Under the pieces are notes generated by a model that ran no database searches, had not been told where the DNA came from, and worked only from the letters and a program-made list of their open reading frames with translations. A program made the translations under genes and the position numbers. Positions 34,055 through 47,162 of a stretch of DNA of 64,000 nt are shown one piece after another (position 1 is the stretch's first letter; every line of letters begins with the position of its first letter). This DNA is from Zancudomyces culisetae HAW-14-8 (lineage: Eukaryota > Fungi > Kickxellomycota). The stretch lies in NCBI GenBank assembly GCA_052426225.1, contig JBNJNM010000007.1:992001-1056000 (forward strand). Reading direction: 5' to 3'.

Positions 34055-35126
34055 TCAATCCATGTGCACATCCTCAAACTCGCCATCGCTATCCTCATTA
34101 CCACTGCCAAATAAATCAACACCAACGTCTTCATTCTTTGTGCCTTTATGATCATCATCGTTCAGGGCTTGCTCTATTTCTGCCTCTAACCCTAACCACA
34201 TATCATCATTTGAAGCTATCGAGGCTCTTCTGTTATCAGATGCGATGCCCTTGTTCTTTCTGTTTGTATCCTTCCGGATGTCAGCGACTATCTTTTCTCT
34301 TTTGCGTTTTAACAGCCCAGAATCACTTTCTATAATATTTTTACTCGGTTTAACAACATAAGGTGGTTTTGCAAGCGTCTTACCGCCGCCCCCTGTTTTT
34401 ATTGACATCCCTGTTGATTGAGTCAGGGTAACACTTGGCTGCAGTCTCTCTAATATTAGCTCCTATTACAGTTTATGTTGTATGTTTATTTGATACGATT
34501 GTTGCATTCTAATATTTCCCATACAAAGATAACTCGCACTCACCTTTTTTACCCGGTCATAGAGAAGTACACAGCTTATTTCGTTTTCGTTTTTAGTCTC
34601 TTGTATATCTCCTTCAAAAGTACAGAACCGCGAATATTCCTACAATTAATTACCAGAAATTCCAAATTGTACCTCATTTACTTTTGCCTAAAAGTAGCAT
34701 TAATACACCTATTCTACCATTACAGTTATTCCATTTCACTTTTTATGTATATCTACTTACTACTGATTCTGCTTCTAGCTCGACTTTCTCGTCGACCTTT
34801 CCATCACTTCCTGTTGTTTTCTTTATTTTTCTTGCTTTGCAATCTCTTATTGTCCGTAGAACGTCTATATTTGCCTGTTGTGTAGCCTGTGGGAGATTGT
34901 CTATTCAAATACCACCATTCCAGCGTTAGGACTCCATATTTATTACACGACTTGTGACATTACGATTTTCTCCCCACTTTCTCTCTCTTTTTTCTCCTAC
35001 CTATCCTAATCCAAAACACTTACCAATCACCTCATAAAATTCCTTGACTTGTTTATTCTGCCCTTCATTGCATATTGAGGGTCCTAAAACAACCTTTAAA
35101 GTCTGGAAACAATCATTAATTGACAT
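34055..35126 (-). CDS. EAF-family (ELL-associated factor) Pol II elongation factor; exons 35126-35024, 34900-34761, 34639-34544, 34462-34055
   Basis: Phase-consistent GT-AG introns give ...TFEGD...ISCVLLYDRVKKELILERLQPSV, matching the EAF signature CVL(I/L)xD...LE(K/R)L; acidic C-terminus. Confidence 0.75.
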
Positions 35127-36337
35127 CTTGATCCCTCTTAGCTGCTAAATGTAATCCTCTAGTGTATGTGCCTCCTTCTTTTTATGCAAATTAAATATAT
35201 TTTTATCTTGCTTCAGGAAATTTACAGCACAGGCTTGTTCCGGGATAAAAGGCTGGTATGTTAATTCGCAATAATACTACTAGGACACAATACCTTATTT
35301 TATACTTTTCTTGTTGTAGTTCTAATTCAACAATTTTATACAATTGGTAGAAAAACAAAATGAAATATTGAGGGTTATACTTGTCTTAAATCTGTATAAT
35401 TTGAACAAATTCGAGATTTGGTTTGTATAATAACGACTTTTGAGGGCTATGTATCGTTATTTTTAATGATAGTGTAACCAAGAAGGGATAATAATTCAAA
35501 CCCAAAAAGCCAATGCATGTTTCCAATACACAAATCTAAAGCACTGCCTTTTTTTAATTTTTGTAACTACCTGTTTTATTGCATTTTACGAAATGGACCA
35601 ACAATTAACTGACTGAATCCTCTCTGCTCTGCTTCCCCCCCCTCCCCCCCTCCTCACCTGAACAAAATAAAAAACTGGCTCAAGGTGGTTCCACAAAGTG
35701 CACACTTTTTGAATGGGGAGTAAAAGAAAGCCCCCAATAAAATTCTCCTATCTCACACTACTGATTAAATAAAGTGAGCTAAACCCATCCAATTATATTC
35801 TCAGCAATCCAAATTCAGTTACTAGAATGTATAAAAATAAACCAACTTTCCGAGCAGGGCCGGTTCATTCGCAAGATGACCATGCATACTAAAACTTGAA
35901 CCAGTACACAGTGGATAAGATTGTTATGTTATCTATCGATTCGAGTATACAACTGTGTGTATCGAGTGTTCACAGTAAACATATTACTCATAATTAGCTA
36001 GTGACTTCATATGGGTTTGGGTGGCAGATATGGGACACGAGCATCCAATCATTGCGCTTTTAGCATTTATAATTATTCTCTTTTTTTGATTATCATTAAA
36101 TTAAAAGATCTATTTATTAAAAGTACAACAATTATACAAACGAGTTGAAAGTACTATGGATAGAGGAAGCGCAGCCAAAATTGCATCCATAACCCGAGCT
36201 GAAATAGTTCATAGAGGATGCGAATCACTCTTTTTTTTCCCTCTATAGAAGCTTGATATACATAAACGCGAAAAAGACAAACTATATTTGTGAAAGGTGG
36301 GTTTTTTACAAGTATTTATACTCCCTATTTTTATACA

Positions 36338-39300
36338 CTAAACTAACGACGCTTGCGAATTGGTTTGTGACTCTGATAAAAACACACAATCTCTAGGAAC
36401 CATACCAACATTTTCACCGTCACTTTTGTTAATTGCCAATATCCAACCGTCCGAAAACTCCCCAACTATGTATACAACTTGACCCACTTCTAGTTCTAAT
36501 TCATCTGTAAGTTCGGGATTGTGTGCCTCGATGGCCTTCATTGGACCCAATGGTGGTTTATAGCGTATACTAAAGTCATACCGATCTGATAAAGTATCTG
36601 TACTAGCATTTGCATTTCCGTCATACAGGTAAGGTTCATTCTCTGTTGAACGCACAATGTCCTTCGAAAGTTTAGTGCTCATACCAGTCGTATGCTTGTT
36701 GAAAATATCTATTTCAGCAGCATCCTTGTCTCTATTGATTTCAATAATTTTGGCATCCATTTTTACTAATTCGGCTTTCGAATCGCTGTCACTATCCTCA
36801 TGCCTGTTTGTTTGTTTGTTTCGGGTAGGTTTAAATATAGTATTTGTACTTTTACTGAGTTCTGCTATGGATGAACTCGACTCTATGTATACTGTGCTTT
36901 TTCTATTTTTTGTAGAATTAGATTTAGCCAATCCTTTGACATTGCTTCTTGAAGGTGGTTCTGATTCTGTTACTGAGCTCAAATCATATGGTCCTGCCAT
37001 TTTTGGGATGTTTTGTTGTTTTTTGAATTTGCTCAACTCCTCAATCATTTTTTTTGCCGTCCCTGTATTTGGACCGTTGCGTGTTTCGTTCTTTATCTTA
37101 TTTGCCTCTGGAGTTTCCTGCCCCCTAACGTGTTCGTTGCCACTATCTTTTTCAAAAATATCAATATATGTGCTTTTTGGTTCGTGGTCTTTGTTGTTCA
37201 AAATTTTGGGCCTATTATCAGAAGGTTTGTTTTTATATCCCCAAAACTCGCCTACCTTGCTTTTTACCATTTCAGACATCAGCTCAAACATACCCTTTTC
37301 ATTTTTTGCTTCCGCATCTATATCCTTTCCCACTAATTTTGCAGGACTATTGCTTTTTATGAAATGATTAAAACCTGCCAACATATTGTTTTGCTTTTTT
37401 CTACTCGCGTCACCAGCATTAAAAAGGGTGTTTACGCTTGCCTGTTGTTGTTTTTCGCCAAGATTGTACTTGTTTAGTCCAGCTGCATTTTGTTGGTTTA
37501 TTTGAGCAGTATATTTATTTTGCATCAGAGCTCCATTATTATTAAAATTACCATTATTAGGAATGCCATATATATCATTACCCCCATGTGGATTAATACC
37601 TGTCTGAATGTCGTAATGAGAGACCATATTCACATGTGGGTAAATGGCCGCATTTTGAGGCCTCTTGAGGTCATACTCGTCAAAACCTTCGTTATAATCT
37701 GCCCCTTTTCTAACATTATCAAAATATAGCGAAGTATAGTTTGTATCTCTTGGATTAAGTCCATCCGCATGGTGACTTTCACTTTTTTTATAAAGAAGAA
37801 AATCGTGATTTCTAGTGTCCCCATGTCTATCATTTTTAGGGTTGGTTTGAGGAAGTTCGAAGCTCCAAGAAAGAGGCCTACTGGTACTTGTAATAGTATC
37901 ATTGCTATTATTTTTCTCTTGGTACATGTCTTTGCTTTTTGTCTTTTTGTATAGCAGTTTTTTTTCGTCTTTACTAAGCCTCTTAAGTATACTTTTGATT
38001 TTTTTTTCCTCGGTGTTGTATTCACTAGAATCTACTTTTTTACTCTTTACTTTACGCTTAGAGTATTCCTTGTCTACATTTGCTGTTTTCCTATTACTCA
38101 CATGGCTTTTGTTATGTTTATGAGTGCTTTTCTTTTTGCCCTTATGCTTATCCTTGCTATTTTGGTCACTATCGTCACTGGCATTTTTTGGTTTCCTTTT
38201 GATGAAGCTATCCATAAAATAAGGCATATACTTTATTTTCTTTTTATTTTCCTTCGTCTTATTATCCGCCTTTTGTGATCCTCTAAATGCTGAAAGATAT
38301 CCAGATGAAGCCGATTCATTTTTATCAACATTGCCTTTGTTATTTGAACTGGTCAGCATACTTAACAATAGGTTTTTCCCCTTATTTGAAAGCCGTATAC
38401 CGCCACTATCCTCCGTTTCGTGTAAATACTGGTTTCCCGTCTGTTTTTCGTTCTTTTTCCCAAGACCGTCTATAAGCGACCACCTATTTTTTGCTGTTGA
38501 TTTTTTGCCAATCAAAATACCACTTTCTAGCTTTTGAATATCACCAGCATCCAGATTCGCTCTTTGTGTCGGATACCTTGCGTTAGTCTCAGGTTGAGCG
38601 TCCGGCTTTTTCTTTTTTCGATACAGTATAAATAAACCCCAGCATAACAACGCTATACATCCAATAACTAGTATTACTATGAGTGCTATAATGCTTTTTT
38701 GCAACCCGGAGCCATCATTTGAATTCGGGGTAGAATTAATATTTGGTGTGGTATTCAATTTTGGCGCAATGTTTGTTGTTCTATCGGGATTTATCCCTAC
38801 TAAAAATACAGTGCTACTCTCTTTCTCGGTATCAAGAGTCGAACGCGTAGAAATTCTTGTTGTCTTGCTTTCGTTAATCGAGGTTGTACTTGTACTTTCC
38901 TTAGATGATGCAGTTGAATCTTCGTCTGTATCTTCGGTGCTAAAATCTGTTGATTCGCTAGTGCGTAAAGTTTTTTGAATTTCTTTTGTTTCTGTCTTTG
39001 TCAATGTCACAGTTATTGGAGCTTGTGTTTTGTCCTCTGTTGGTGTTATAACTGGCAATGTATCTGAGCTATCTAAGGTGGGTATGAATACCTTTTCTGT
39101 TTTTGTAACAATTAAAGTAAGCATCCCATTTGAGCGCTCCTGTTCGTTTACATTTGTTGGCTGACCTGAGATATTTCCGAGACCTTGTGTTAGCAACATA
39201 CCCTCAATACTGTCTAATAGATCTTTTTGTGAGGCTTGTTGTACATTTTTTGGGTTGATCTGTGGATCTACGTTGTTACTTTTTGGTGGTTCCTTTGCCA

Positions 39301-39481
39301 AGGATTCAGGTTTATTATTATTATTTTTTAGTAGATCGGCTTTTAGTTGAGAAAGCTGCCATAGCTTTGCCTGTTTTACATCATTAGGTAGTGACATTTG
39401 TTGTACCACATCCATGATTTTCTCTACCTGATTAACCGAGTCGTCGGAGCCATCACTAACTCCAACGCTTTGGTTATCCAT
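36338..39481 (-). CDS. Single-pass membrane protein with S/T-rich ectodomain and C-terminal SH3 (Fus1-like architecture)
   Basis: T/S-rich region, TM IIALIVILVIGCIALLCWGLFILY followed by RKKKK, C-terminal AIEAHNPELTDELEL...DGW...GMVPRDCV. Confidence 0.8.
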   Translation of the reverse strand: MDNQSVGVSDGSDDSVNQVEKIMDVVQQMSLPNDVKQAKLWQLSQLKADLLKNNNNKPESLAKEPPKSNNVDPQINPKNVQQASQKDLLDSIEGMLLTQGLGNISGQPTNVNEQERSNGMLTLIVTKTEKVFIPTLDSSDTLPVITPTEDKTQAPITVTLTKTETKEIQKTLRTSESTDFSTEDTDEDSTASSKESTSTTSINESKTTRISTRSTLDTEKESSTVFLVGINPDRTTNIAPKLNTTPNINSTPNSNDGSGLQKSIIALIVILVIGCIALLCWGLFILYRKKKKPDAQPETNARYPTQRANLDAGDIQKLESGILIGKKSTAKNRWSLIDGLGKKNEKQTGNQYLHETEDSGGIRLSNKGKNLLLSMLTSSNNKGNVDKNESASSGYLSAFRGSQKADNKTKENKKKIKYMPYFMDSFIKRKPKNASDDSDQNSKDKHKGKKKSTHKHNKSHVSNRKTANVDKEYSKRKVKSKKVDSSEYNTEEKKIKSILKRLSKDEKKLLYKKTKSKDMYQEKNNSNDTITSTSRPLSWSFELPQTNPKNDRHGDTRNHDFLLYKKSESHHADGLNPRDTNYTSLYFDNVRKGADYNEGFDEYDLKRPQNAAIYPHVNMVSHYDIQTGINPHGGNDIYGIPNNGNFNNNGALMQNKYTAQINQQNAAGLNKYNLGEKQQQASVNTLFNAGDASRKKQNNMLAGFNHFIKSNSPAKLVGKDIDAEAKNEKGMFELMSEMVKSKVGEFWGYKNKPSDNRPKILNNKDHEPKSTYIDIFEKDSGNEHVRGQETPEANKIKNETRNGPNTGTAKKMIEELSKFKKQQNIPKMAGPYDLSSVTESEPPSRSNVKGLAKSNSTKNRKSTVYIESSSSIAELSKSTNTIFKPTRNKQTNRHEDSDSDSKAELVKMDAKIIEINRDKDAAEIDIFNKHTTGMSTKLSKDIVRSTENEPYLYDGNANASTDTLSDRYDFSIRYKPPLGPMKAIEAHNPELTDELELEVGQVVYIVGEFSDGWILAINKSDGENVGMVPRDCVFLSESQTNSQASLV

Positions 39482-42182
39482 GTTGTGTCCCTAGTCTTTT
39501 TTTAATACTATTCTGTATTTTTCTCGAAAGCTCTTCATTTACTGTATTGTTGTGGTATATCTTTATTCCTTTGACTTTATGTTAATCGTTATTTACTTCT
39601 TCGCTTCTAGTGCTATCGTTTTCATAATTAACACCGATCCTAAGCTTCGTTTAATCAAAATGCACAGTTGTATTGTATACTTAACGGTGTATTTTACCAA
39701 TTAATACTGGATACACCTTTTTTTAGTATATTTTGTGCTGGTAGTATATTAAAATTTTATAAAAAGTATATTATACTTTTGCAACAGTGGTATGTTTACA
39801 GGGATTTATTTCTCTGCTATTTTTTTTTATAATATGTGTTTAACAGCATAGTATCATTTTTTTTATTGAAGCTTAATATTAAAGAATTTGCTCCCAAACT
39901 CTGTGCATATTTAGTAGAGTATCAATACTCCGGACATTTTTTGAATTGTAGGTTCTTTTCAATACATTTTGAAAAGAACATAATTATTGGGTGTATCCAC
40001 AAATATGTTATTTGAGTTAAAGAACTATCTAAGCATCCACATAAAGGCAAAATTGTCTCTATTTTTTTTCATATACTTTAACTAAAATTCTTGTAAAAAT
40101 AACAAAATGCACTTAATCCTTCCCCTCTTTCGAGTTGTGGTAATGCATGTACCTTCTTTTTTTTTACTCTCCTCCCTTCTCTCCTCTCATGTTTCTGCAT
40201 CCTCTTTTTAACAAATGTAATATCACGTCCAACATTCACCACTGCACTTTTTTCAGCAATCAACTTGCTCACGCAGCATAGTTCATGATCAATATTCTCG
40301 TTTAGCCACGATTATAGTATTTAAAGACGATAAATTTGGTGTCTTTTTATTGTATCTTGCCATCACACCTTTATTGGATAATAAACCTACATGTTTTTGC
40401 TTTGTCCTCACTTTTAGGACCATTTTTTCCTATTTTGGCAACAAAAAAATGCAAATATAAATGACTGTGCGGGGTATTGACAATCAGAATACGCTTCATT
40501 TATTCATTTTTTGCTTTTTATCTTTCCTCACACCCCTCCCCTCCAAAAAAAAATAATGACATTGGATTAAAAAGCTTGTCCTAGAATAATCATGTGTACT
40601 ATTTTTGTGCACCAAGTAAGCCTAACAGCCAAGCAATGTTCAGTTCTAAATCCATAATTCTAAAATTAGGGTAAGTATTCGTGATCTGTGTGTTATAGAA
40701 TATAATAAGTTTTAGCACAAATTATTACATTTCTAAATTCCGCCATGTACAAAAGCTGAGTAAATTTATATGGTCTTTTTTATACTTTTTTTTTTTGGAA
40801 AAAATCGCTACTTTGAACTTTCTTTATTTGAAGGTACACTTGAGTTATTAAGTAGTCTCTTTGTTGAGATATAAAAAAATGCTGTACGAATTATACAAGC
40901 TATAACACAATATTTTAAAGCTGGACTGCCACCTTAGCTGGTCTACAATTATTTAGTACTATAAAAGGTATTCGTATATCAGAAATCTAAACCCAGTCTT
41001 TCGTTTTGGGATGTCAAACAAAGAGAATGCTTTTTTGAATTTCAGGATGCAAGTGTATTATTTGCAAATAGTAACCTATACAACATGATGGCACTAGAAT
41101 CATACGACTACAATTGAAGCCCAAAATTTGTTTTTAATATGGCGATAATGGGGAGAGAAGATACATATAAATATACAGATAGAACTATTTTTTTAGTTAT
41201 TCAAACCACATAAATGGCTATTTGATCAAATCTGTCCTCTCCCAATTCAAAAAATGTCTTTTAAGCAGTATAAACCAAAAGATATTAAAATTGATCATAT
41301 ATATGCTCGATTTTAAGGCAAAGGGATATATACTATTTATCGTTTTCGTAGCGTAAGTAAACATTATATTGAACGGTTTGCACTGATTTATTACATCTCG
41401 TGATTTGGTATGTTTAGGAATATGGTAAATGTCAAGGTTTAAATCAAAACAGCTTTAAATAGTGGTTTTTCCTACATACACTTTCGGTATAAACATGAAA
41501 GGTGCACGAAGCCTCGATTAAACACAAATCAACAATGAAACGATTGGTTTGCAATTGTAGTTGGAGTTATAGTTTGTAGGTGTACTGTTTGTTTTCTAGT
41601 TTACCAAACTTTGTTAACATATGTATACTTGTAAATGGTTAGCTTAAGAGATAGTTTGATACAGCCTCTTTTAATTGATTGGATTCTTAGGGGGGGGGGG
41701 GGGGGGTGATATACAGCTATACATCAACAAATTATACGTGGTAACTGGGTCTCTGAAACTGCGTCCACGATTAGTTTTTTGTACTAAGCTTTTTGAGTTG
41801 CTCAGATGATTTTTTTTAATAAAAAAGCAACAACCCATTTAGTTAGTTCTGTCACAAAGAACCCTCTCCCTCTATTCTTGGAATAAGTATGATTCTAATA
41901 TAAGGTTTAGAAAACACCACCTTCCCAGATACAATCTTTTTTTTTTGTCAAACCTGATTCGTAATATAGCAAAAATATCGATCAAATAAGATGAATTTCA
42001 ACTTTGTGCTTAAAGCCCAATTAAATGAAAAACCACCCACCCAGCTTTCTCAAGAGTTTATATTTCTAACTTTTTTCCTCGCTTTCACACTTACATTCAA
42101 ATTATACTATAAAAAAAAGTAGCTTTTAAAATACAAAACAAGTAAACAGTAGGCACAGAGATCGGAAATAGAGGTTTAAATA

Positions 42183-43424
42183 ATGAATGAAACGCAGGTA
42201 TAGTTTAAGCTTAGTTTACGTACCCTAAAATCAAGCAATTGTATACCCACTCTTCGGAATATTCTTGGATTAACATCCATATTTGTTGGTTTGTGTTGAG
42301 AATAGGTAAATGAAAACATTCAACGAGCTGCAGTCGATTTGGTAAGATTGGCTTTATCCCACGAATACAATAGAAAGCCACTACGAAAAGAAGATATTAA
42401 AGAGAAAGGTGAATGCAATGTGATTTGTGCTTTGTTTTGTTTTTTGTTTTTTCATTTATCACTGGTCCTAGGCGAATAAATAATATTATATATTTATTTC
42501 AAAAGCAAATGCTAACTAAAAACGAAAACAAATACTTGTATGTTAGTTCTCTCAACTCATCTAAATGTAACCTTCAAAGAAGTATTTGCATGCACACAGA
42601 AAAATCTGAGAGATTTTTTTTGGTTACGAGCTAGTGGAATTGCCCTCAAAGAGAAAAAACACAAGTAATAAATCATCCTTTTTTTCATTCAAGTATGTAT
42701 AGCATTTAAATGATCTCTAAATATACTTTTCCCTAAAACCGATAGAGCGAAAGGGTACAAGCAATGCTAGTAGTGGCAGATATACATTGAAAAATATTTT
42801 ATCGCTAGAAGATCGGAAAAAATATCCACCTATTTGGCTCAAAGATGAGGAAAGCTTTAATGGAGTCGTTGCAGTTGTATTGAGTATTGTTTTTTTGACT
42901 CATGGGAAAATATCCGCAGGTACAAAATAATTGCGTTTTCTCGATCCTTTATTATAACTTTGCACTTTTAACAACTTTATCATCTACTTTTGCATTTAGA
43001 AACACTATTGATGCGTGTTGAGCAACTGCAGTTGCCATACTTATCAATTTTTGAGGGTCTACTACAACAAGATGCACGAACACGCGCTATAGAAATGCTA
43101 GGCTACATGGTTAAGTCAGAATATTTGATCAAGAACGAAATATTTTCAGATATTTCTGGCTCCTCGCGAGCACAAAGCAGTCATGGGACTATTAATCAAA
43201 GTATTCAGGCTGACAACCTCGGTGGTCTGTTTGATTTCAGCTGGGGTCCAAGAGCTTTTGTTGAGTATGATTACTTTGATTTGGCACACTTTATCGGAGA
43301 AGTTTTAGACACCGATCCAGATTCAAATTTCTTACTAAGAATATCACGCGTATCTGGAAAATCAATTGCGGAGGAACGGCCTGGTGAAAGTTTAGACCAG
43401 ACCCAAGAGCAGCAGCCTGTTTAG
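42183..43424 (+). CDS. NSE3: Smc5/6 subunit Nse3 (MAGE domain); exons 42183-42197, 42306-42408, 42547-42664, 42746-42919, 43000-43424; one extra T in T8 at 42614-42621
   Basis: DLVRLALSHEYNRKPLRKEDIKEKVL, F..VF...Q..LRDFFGYELVELP (after removing one T), YTLKNIL, GVVAVVLSIVFL, FSWGPRAFVE. Confidence 0.85.
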
Positions 43425-44642
43425 CCGGTACAGATGGTACATCTCAACATACTTTACTGCCGTGCATATGAATTTCCCAGTATTATTCGGAGGAAACAGA
43501 CAAACGCTCGAAAACTTTTTTAAATACCCACTTTTTTTTCTATAGCCGGATCGTTGTATTTTAGTCAAGACATTATCCTTTTTAGAGACATTTAGTCGTG
43601 TAAATTTGTGTAAGTCAATAAAAATTAATCGTACCTAATCTACGTTGTACTTTATGCTTATGTTTGTGCTTTTTGTTGTATTCACGCATAGTAAATACCA
43701 TTTCCACCTCAAAAAATCATTTCCTTGGGTAGATGAGCTTACATCCCTTTATCTAAATGATGGTGATAAAAAAAACAACTTGATAATAGTAGAACATGCG
43801 CAGGTCCATAAAAAACATCCACGATAGTAGATTGGTGTAAATCCTATCGAAAACAACATACTACATCTTTAGGGCTAATATCGTGTTTTTTTCTGATTTT
43901 TTTATTTATTTAGCACCTAACATTGCTATACTAACCAGCTGCTTATTCCAGCAACGGGAAACTCACGTGTTTTTTATCTTTTGTTTTTTGAACAAGCACC
44001 TTAAATTAATTGCCGGAATTAAGAGCTTTTAGAAATACAAGATGGACGATTTCTTTTTTTCTTGGAGGTTAGATAGGTGGGGGGCTATTTGAATTCTATA
44101 TTTAGAACTTACTCGTAATCGCTGTAGGCAGAAATATACCGATAGGTACAATTTTATTATTTTGAAGGAAAAGCTTTTTTTTGATTGGTTTGGTACCTAT
44201 AGCTGAACCGACCTTGGTGGTTAGAGTCTGTACATTGACCAAGAGGATGTGACTAAGTGGATGTTGTATATAGGATTCATTTTTTATTATTAGCATTTTA
44301 TGCTATATTTACTTTGTAATTTCAGTTTGCAAACAAGAAAACAGTTTGGTGGTTATAGCTATAAATAGTTGGTTTATAAAGAGTATTTTCCAGGATGTTT
44401 ACAAAAACAAATCGATAAATGTTCCACGTCAACTTTCTACTAGTTTATAGATCTAAATAAACTGCAAAAATTATATTTGACACACTCAGCATAATTAAAG
44501 TACAACACGTTTTAAATAAGTAGAAAAGCTTGGGAAGATAGCAAGGACACACGCATAAGCATAACATTCAATAGTACTTCAAAGAATAGGCATAAACATA
44601 AACATAAGCAAAGCTAAACTAAACTAAACTAAATCAAACTAA

Positions 44643-45700
44643 ATGGAACAGAACATGCTATCAGTAAAACAGATATCTAATGGTGAATCTTCGGAAAGCA
44701 AAAATCATACAAATGGAAGTGTTTCCAAGAGAAAAGTAAACATGGTCTTAAGCTATAGCGAAGAATCGGGTGAAAATGAAGCACACATGGCCGACCTAGT
44801 CGCAAAAAACATAATTGCCAATAAACATGACAGGTATACGGTTCTAGGTGCTACACCTTCTGATCTAGTGAAAGATATAAAGAGAAAATATAGAAAGGTG
44901 AGCTTCATATTTTTTTTATAGATAACGACAAAAAGGAACAAGCAGTTAAAAGTAAAATATATAACTACCATAGCTTGCATTCATGTATCATCCAGATAAG
45001 AACAGAGCTCCGTATGCTACTGAAGTATTTAAAAGTAAACCTTTCATTTTATTCACCCTGGTACACATAAAGGCTTTATATGTACATGTACTACAAATAA
45101 ACAAGTATAACACCACCAATTATATTATACTAAACCGCGTTATTATGATAACTTTAATAAACGTTAGTCATTTCAAATGCATTTCTCGAATTTATGGAGC
45201 TATTAAAAGACAAAAATACAAACAGCGATGAGCCTAGTGTTAGCAGGAAGAGAACCAACATCAGTAGGGATTTGTGGAGCCCGCAGGAAATATTTGAACA
45301 TTACTTTGGAGAGGAATATAGAAGTAAGGACTGTTTTTATTTTACCAAAGTCGACTATTATTTTACTTTTTGCGCACAGTATACTTATAAAGTTAATCTG
45401 TCACATATTTGAAACCGAAAAGTTTTATAATCAAAAAGAAATAAATGCTAAAGAACGGTACATTTTTAAATAGATGTATCATCGGAGTACGAGAAAGATT
45501 ACAACAAAGAAACAAGAAGACACAGATATAAAGGCACACGGGAGCCTAGAGATGAGGAACGTGATAAAAAGCACATGTTTTACATGCGCTATAGCAGATA
45601 TGGTTGTTGTGGAGGGTGTTGCTCCACCTTCACGCCAATTTTAGTTTCATTCTTAATTTTGCTTTTTGCAACACTACTTAGCTTTATAGGGCTCAACTAG
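44643..45700 (+). CDS. Tail-anchored J-domain co-chaperone (Hlj1/DNAJB12-like); exons 44643-44897, 44974-45034, 45168-45323, 45474-45700
   Basis: DRYTVLG...[45 protein letters not shown]; C-terminal hydrophobic TPILVSFLILLFATLLSFIGLN; exon phases consistent. Confidence 0.85.
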
Positions 45701-46905
45701 GCTATGTTGAACTGAATAGCGTTTGTGAATAGAATATATGACGCGTAAGTGGCTATCGATATAGTGAGCAGATATACATATGGCAGTATTTTAGAACTTA
45801 CCAAGAAGTGGATCAAAATTGATACTTATTTGGGCTATCATCATCTTTGGTAATGTAAATGGCGTCCTAACAGTGCGTTTTTTGGGCATTTAGACGAAAA
45901 ACAGCTAGCTTCAAGTATTATTTTAGAATTTAATGTAGTTTATCTTTTTTTTTAATCTCTACAACACGACATCGAGCAACAGTAATAGGGTTTAATCCTA
46001 AGCCCATGGAAATCAAGCTCTATTCTAAATTGGTATTTAAATATAAGATTGGATAGCATATTGCATAACAAGTGTGTCATATATGTTCAACCATGTTTAA
46101 AAAACAACATTGGTCACAAAGCCCAAAGTTACTCGCGTGTTTTGAACATTTGTTCATATTCCATTACATAGTTCACAATACAGGCTTATTTTCTTAGAGA
46201 TAAATACAGGGATTTTGATGTTTAGTTTAGACTATTCAAGATTGATTTTGAATGATTCTTGGAACCTCAGATCATGACCAGTACTGTGTTTTTTGGGGGA
46301 GAGGGAGGGGGCAAATGTGTACACGTGTATATACCAATAATTCCTTCCTCATTGGTAAATCACCTATGTGAGCTAGATGATACTATTTTTTAGCTCATAA
46401 TATTCAACTATTTCCTTCCCCCTCACTCTCCCAGTATAAGCACTTTTTAGCTTCAAACACACCTAAACACGAGCCTCCAAAATATTTTGTGAATAGAGCA
46501 AGTCACGAGTCTGGATGTCTAGCATTTTTTTAGTTTTCCCGTACTTGGTTTACGTAACAGCTTGATTTTAGGTGATCTAAGGGTTTTATTTTCGGTATTA
46601 TCAATGCAAGTCAAATCATTAAATTGTAGTAACTGCAGCTTCTTAGTTCCATGATTCGTTTTATCTAATTCCTGACAAAAGCAATAATTTCTCTCCAATA
46701 ATAATGCGAGAAAAATAGCAAATTGTTTTGTATAAGCTAAATCTCAAGCATCAACAAAATTGAAATGACCTCAAAAGTAGGGTTGGTTTTGACTAGAAAA
46801 AAAACCCCCCATGCATGAATCGTGAAACCGGGATGTAGCCAAGCCGTAAATGTGAAACAGAATTGTTGAAAAGCACCGTTTGCAAAAACTGTTGTTTTTC
46901 CTTTG

Positions 46906-46953
46906 TATCACTATATCACTATATCACTATATCACTATATCAGTATATCAGTA
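46906..46953. repeat. 8-bp tandem repeat TATCA(C/G)TA, 6 copies
   Basis: Seen directly, ~210 bp upstream of the bHLH gene. Confidence 0.85.
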
Positions 46954-47162
46954 TTTGATTTTGCTTTATATTGATATTAACACACGCACTAGTATCCTTA
47001 AATATAAGATTATGTTACTACAGTGACAAGCTATAATTCGGACTAGGAATACTTATATAACACCAAGTAAAAATACTCAAGTGTTCAAGGCACGAAAAAT
47101 TGACATTGTTAAACACATATTAAGTTAAATCATTTGGCACCAGCAACTCTAAAAGAAAAAAA

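Noticed and set aside
34640-34687. Possible 15-nt micro-exon plus 33-nt mini-intron in the EAF gene
   Set aside because: A single 121-nt intron (34640-34760) keeps the frame, and 33 nt is far shorter than any other intron here; RNA-seq would be needed.
10609-39481. SEC5, BEM1 and the Fus1-like gene as a polarity gene cluster
   Set aside because: They are separated by unrelated genes, and co-occurrence is plausible by chance.
41690-41706. G17 run (also C runs near 32240 and 35636) as G-quadruplex elements
   Set aside because: Simple homopolymers in a repeat-rich, indel-prone assembly with no supporting context.
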